This document shows positions 61,301 through 64,000 of a stretch of 64,000 bases of DNA, piece by piece. The stretch is from assembly GCA_965202585.1 (NCBI GenBank), contig OZ241834.1:22692001-22756000 (forward strand), in the 5' to 3' direction. The stretch's first letter is position 1. Every line of letters begins with the position of its first letter. The DNA is from Thalia democratica. Lineage: Eukaryota. The position numbers and the translations under genes were made by a program. Under the pieces are notes generated by a model. It had not been told where the DNA came from. It saw nothing but the letters and a program-made list of their open reading frames with translations, and did not search any database.

Positions 61301-64000
61301 AGAATTGCAACCGAGCCGGAGGTGGAGAGACGTGGAGCTTAAAACGTGCATGAAAAAAACAACAACGGAACGAACCGTTTCTGTCATGCTCGGGTAAAAG
61401 CTGGCGTCGTTGAAGAACTGAGCCGTGCCTTCCACTGCCGCCAAGAAAACCGTATTGTTGCTGTTTCTTAAGTAAGAACCGCCGGTGGACACGATCGAAA
61501 CGGCTTTAGAGTCGCCGCAGAGGCTGGCCACTATCTGGAACTTCTGGCTCTCCCCGCCCGTCAGCCGATTGATGTAAGCTTCGCCGGAGTTGTTGGCGCT
61601 CCAAACGTGGTTGGGAAAGTTGAAAGACGAAAACATCAGTGTTTTACCTGGGTTTGTTTTTTTTAGTTTTGCGTCGTTTTGCATAAAATTACATGTGACA
61701 TTATGCACGTGGAAAAGTTTCTCTACATGTGTATACAATAAGGAGGGTGGAAAACTAGATATTGTTAATTAAAACGTTTCATGGCATAAAATTGAAATTT
61801 ATATCAGATAAAGATATATATGTATATATATGTATATACTAAAAAGTTCTCTATGAAATACTTTTAGTAAAAGTATGCGTAAATAAGTATTTTTTTTGTT
61901 CATTTACTACTTCAAATATGTCTGCTAAAGAAAAATAAGTTTATGGTTTTTAAATAAATACTTTATTTTATTATAGTTTTCATTTGTTTTAGTGTTATAA
62001 TTCTATTTAGATTTAAAATCAAAATACCAACTTTATAAAGTAATATTTAATCTTAACTTCATTGTAACTTAAATAAAAACTTGTTTAATTTCTACTTCTA
62101 ACAGTATTATTTTAGTTCTAACTAACTTTTAAATAGTTTTAATAAAAAAAAATTATACTTACATAAATCAGTTTTTTGATTTAGTCTTGGTAAAATTTTA
62201 GCTTAAATTTAGTTTGATTTTTATCTAGTTTTTTTTAAAACTTTGTTAGTAAAGATTGAGTTAAAATTGCCACGAAGCAAAACGAATTTATTTATTAAAA
62301 GTAAAAGTTTGAAACAAATGAGTGATAAAAGCAAAATGTCTCACTTAAAACAATTTTTTGTTTGAAAAAATTTTAGTGTCTTATTTGCAGTAAATCTTGT
62401 CTGATGAAAATTTTCAAAAAATGAACACGTAAGTTATAAAAATATGTTGTGACTTAAACACTAAAACACACCCGATGTGACGTAACCGAGATCAAATTGC
62501 TGTTTTTCTTTTTTGACATTACCTAAAATTGTTACAATTTAGTTGAAAATAAATTTAGTTTGAAAGTTTTTTACGATCTATTTTACATCTGCCTTACATA
62601 TTTTAAAGCTGGCATCGTTTTCAAACAAATTTGTTGTTCCCCTAGCAATTTTCAACCAGTAGTTAGTATGTCGAATGAAGTATCCCGGCCAATTGACCGA
62701 TTCAAAAGACACGAAACCCTGTTAAAATTTAACATTAAACAGTGTTGAAGTTGATAAAATTGTAAACTGTTAGCAACTTACATCGTGAAACGCGTCCATA
62801 ATTGGCTTGAAACTTGCGTCCTTCTTGAAACCTTCATCGTTTTCTTCTTTGTTTAATTTCACCCAGTAATTTTGGGTTTGCCTCAAGAAATGTCCGGGCG
62901 ATTTGACCGACTCGAACGAAATGGAGTCCGCTTCCCCGCAGAGACCACGTCTCAGCTTGAAATGTTGAAATATCCCAGTCGAACTTGTGATTTTTCCCCA
63001 ATTCCATTTACTAACACCCATTGCATACCTTGGGTAGTTTTTCGACTCAAACCTCAAAGTATGCTCTGAAAAATTTCTATTATGAATCCTTTGTTTTGCG
63101 GATTTCAGATGCTTTTTTGTATGCGTTTATAAGAAATTAAATTGTAAAATATTTTAGAACTTTAAAAAAAAAATTGTTTGAAAACCATGTTTTTGTTATT
63201 TTGCTTACATTATTTTTCAATTAGAATTCTTTTTTAGAAGTCTAAAGTTTGTTTCTTTTATTTTTACTATCTACATCGTGAATTAAAATAACTATTTACT
63301 AAAACAACTTTGTTTTCGTAACCATTGAAATTAGTTACATCAAACTTAATGAGAAAACTAAAAACTGTTCATCACACAAACTGTTAAAGTACCGTTATAA
63401 TTCAAACAAACCATTTTGAATGTAGGTTAAAAATGCAGTATCAAAGGCGGGCACGGATCCGGCGTCACCTAAAATGTATTTTATTGTTTCAGTGAAAATA
63501 CAAAACTCCTTCTAATTTTATCAGATCGTTCTTACTTATACTAAAGCTCGCGTCGTTTTTGAACGAGGCACTCGACCCCGTTTCAATTTTCAACCAGTAG
63601 TTAGTGTGGCGAATGAAGTATCCTGGCCAATTGAACGATTCAAATGATACGAAACCCTGTGTAAGAAGATGATAAAAATAAAACTGCATTGCATTTACCT
63701 AACGTTAAATTTTTTTAAAGTTTAACACACTTCGTGGAACGCGCCCATGACGGGCCGGAAACTAGCGTCTTTCTTGAAACTTTCAGTAGTTTCTTCTTTG
63801 CTTAATATCACCCAGTAGTTCTGGGACTGCCTTAAGAAATACCCAGGCGATTTGATCGACTCGAACGAAATGGTGTCCGCATTTCCGCAGAGACCACGTG
63901 TCAGCTTGAAGTGTTGAAAAATTCCGGTTTTTTGTGTGATTTTTCCCCAGTAAGCATTGTAAATACCAATTGCGTAGTCCGGGTAGTTTTTGGACACAAA
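48793..64000 (-). CDS. Poly-AbfB (CBM42-like beta-trefoil) repeat protein with degenerate C-terminal F5/8 type C-like domain; 5' end lies outside the window
   Basis: 33 exons in the window, about 4,850 nt. Cassettes as exon A / exon B / linker: 63731-64000 (partial) / 63536-63656 / 63412-63468; 62782-63065 / 62598-62718 / 62472-62522; 61376-61647 / 61164-61284 / 60791-60829; 60040-60314 / 59370-59490 / 59150-59188; 58486-58766 / 57999-58119 / 57878-57925; 57258-57541 / 57072-57192 / 56910-56957; 55060-55343 / 54863-54983 / 54742-54789; 54085-54368 / 53884-54004 / 53580-53630; 52714-53012 / 52337-52439 / 51508-51552 plus 51103-51138; 50255-50541 / 49850-49970 / 49568-49618. Terminal exons are 49144-49304 and 48793-48960 (TGA). 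The recurrent motif SFESxxxPGxFLR[H/Q]...FxxDASF is the AbfB/CBM42 subdomain signature. Confidence 0.88.
58325..58475. repeat. Degenerate short-unit intronic minisatellite
   Basis: Repeated (g/a)atataagt(ccagga/aatt) blocks just downstream of the donor at 58486. Confidence 0.7.

Noticed and set aside
48793-64000. Calling the AbfB-repeat gene otogelin or an arabinofuranosidase
   Set aside because: No VWD, C8 or TIL domains and no GH43/GH54 catalytic domain are visible in the window, and the 5' part is missing, so no gene symbol is given.
1-64000. tRNA, rRNA or snRNA genes
   Set aside because: I recognised no cloverleaf, rRNA or snRNA signature by eye. Intronic snoRNAs cannot be excluded without an Infernal/Rfam search.

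Overview
Eukaryotic (most likely invertebrate animal) genomic DNA with AT-rich introns and GC-rich exon islands; I cannot identify the species. Two intron-rich genes lie head-to-tail on the minus strand. (1) A complete TOR/mTOR kinase gene (ATG 41035 to TAA 73). I assembled it by hand into 57 coding exons, 7,800 nt, about 2,599 aa, with HEAT, FAT, FRB, kinase and FATC regions all in frame. (2) The 3' part (64000 to TGA 48793, more than 1,600 aa in the window) of a protein built from at least 10 tandem AbfB/CBM42-like beta-trefoil modules. Each module is a repeated 3-exon cassette, and the protein ends in a degenerate F5/8-type-C-like domain. Introns carry non-autonomous DNA transposons (an 8-bp-TSD hAT MITE and a CAGGGTTGCCA-ended family with 6-bp TSDs), a Penelope-like remnant and a foldback element; a CR1/L2-type LINE remnant lies between the two genes. 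The most striking unexplained pattern is that about ten TOR introns contain tandem duplications spanning the exon-intron junction, so splice sites are copied 2 to 26 times. The extreme case is a 63-bp minisatellite made of a 5' splice site that also forms a potential poison micro-exon. All coordinates and counts were read by hand and need confirmation with RNA-seq and alignment tools.
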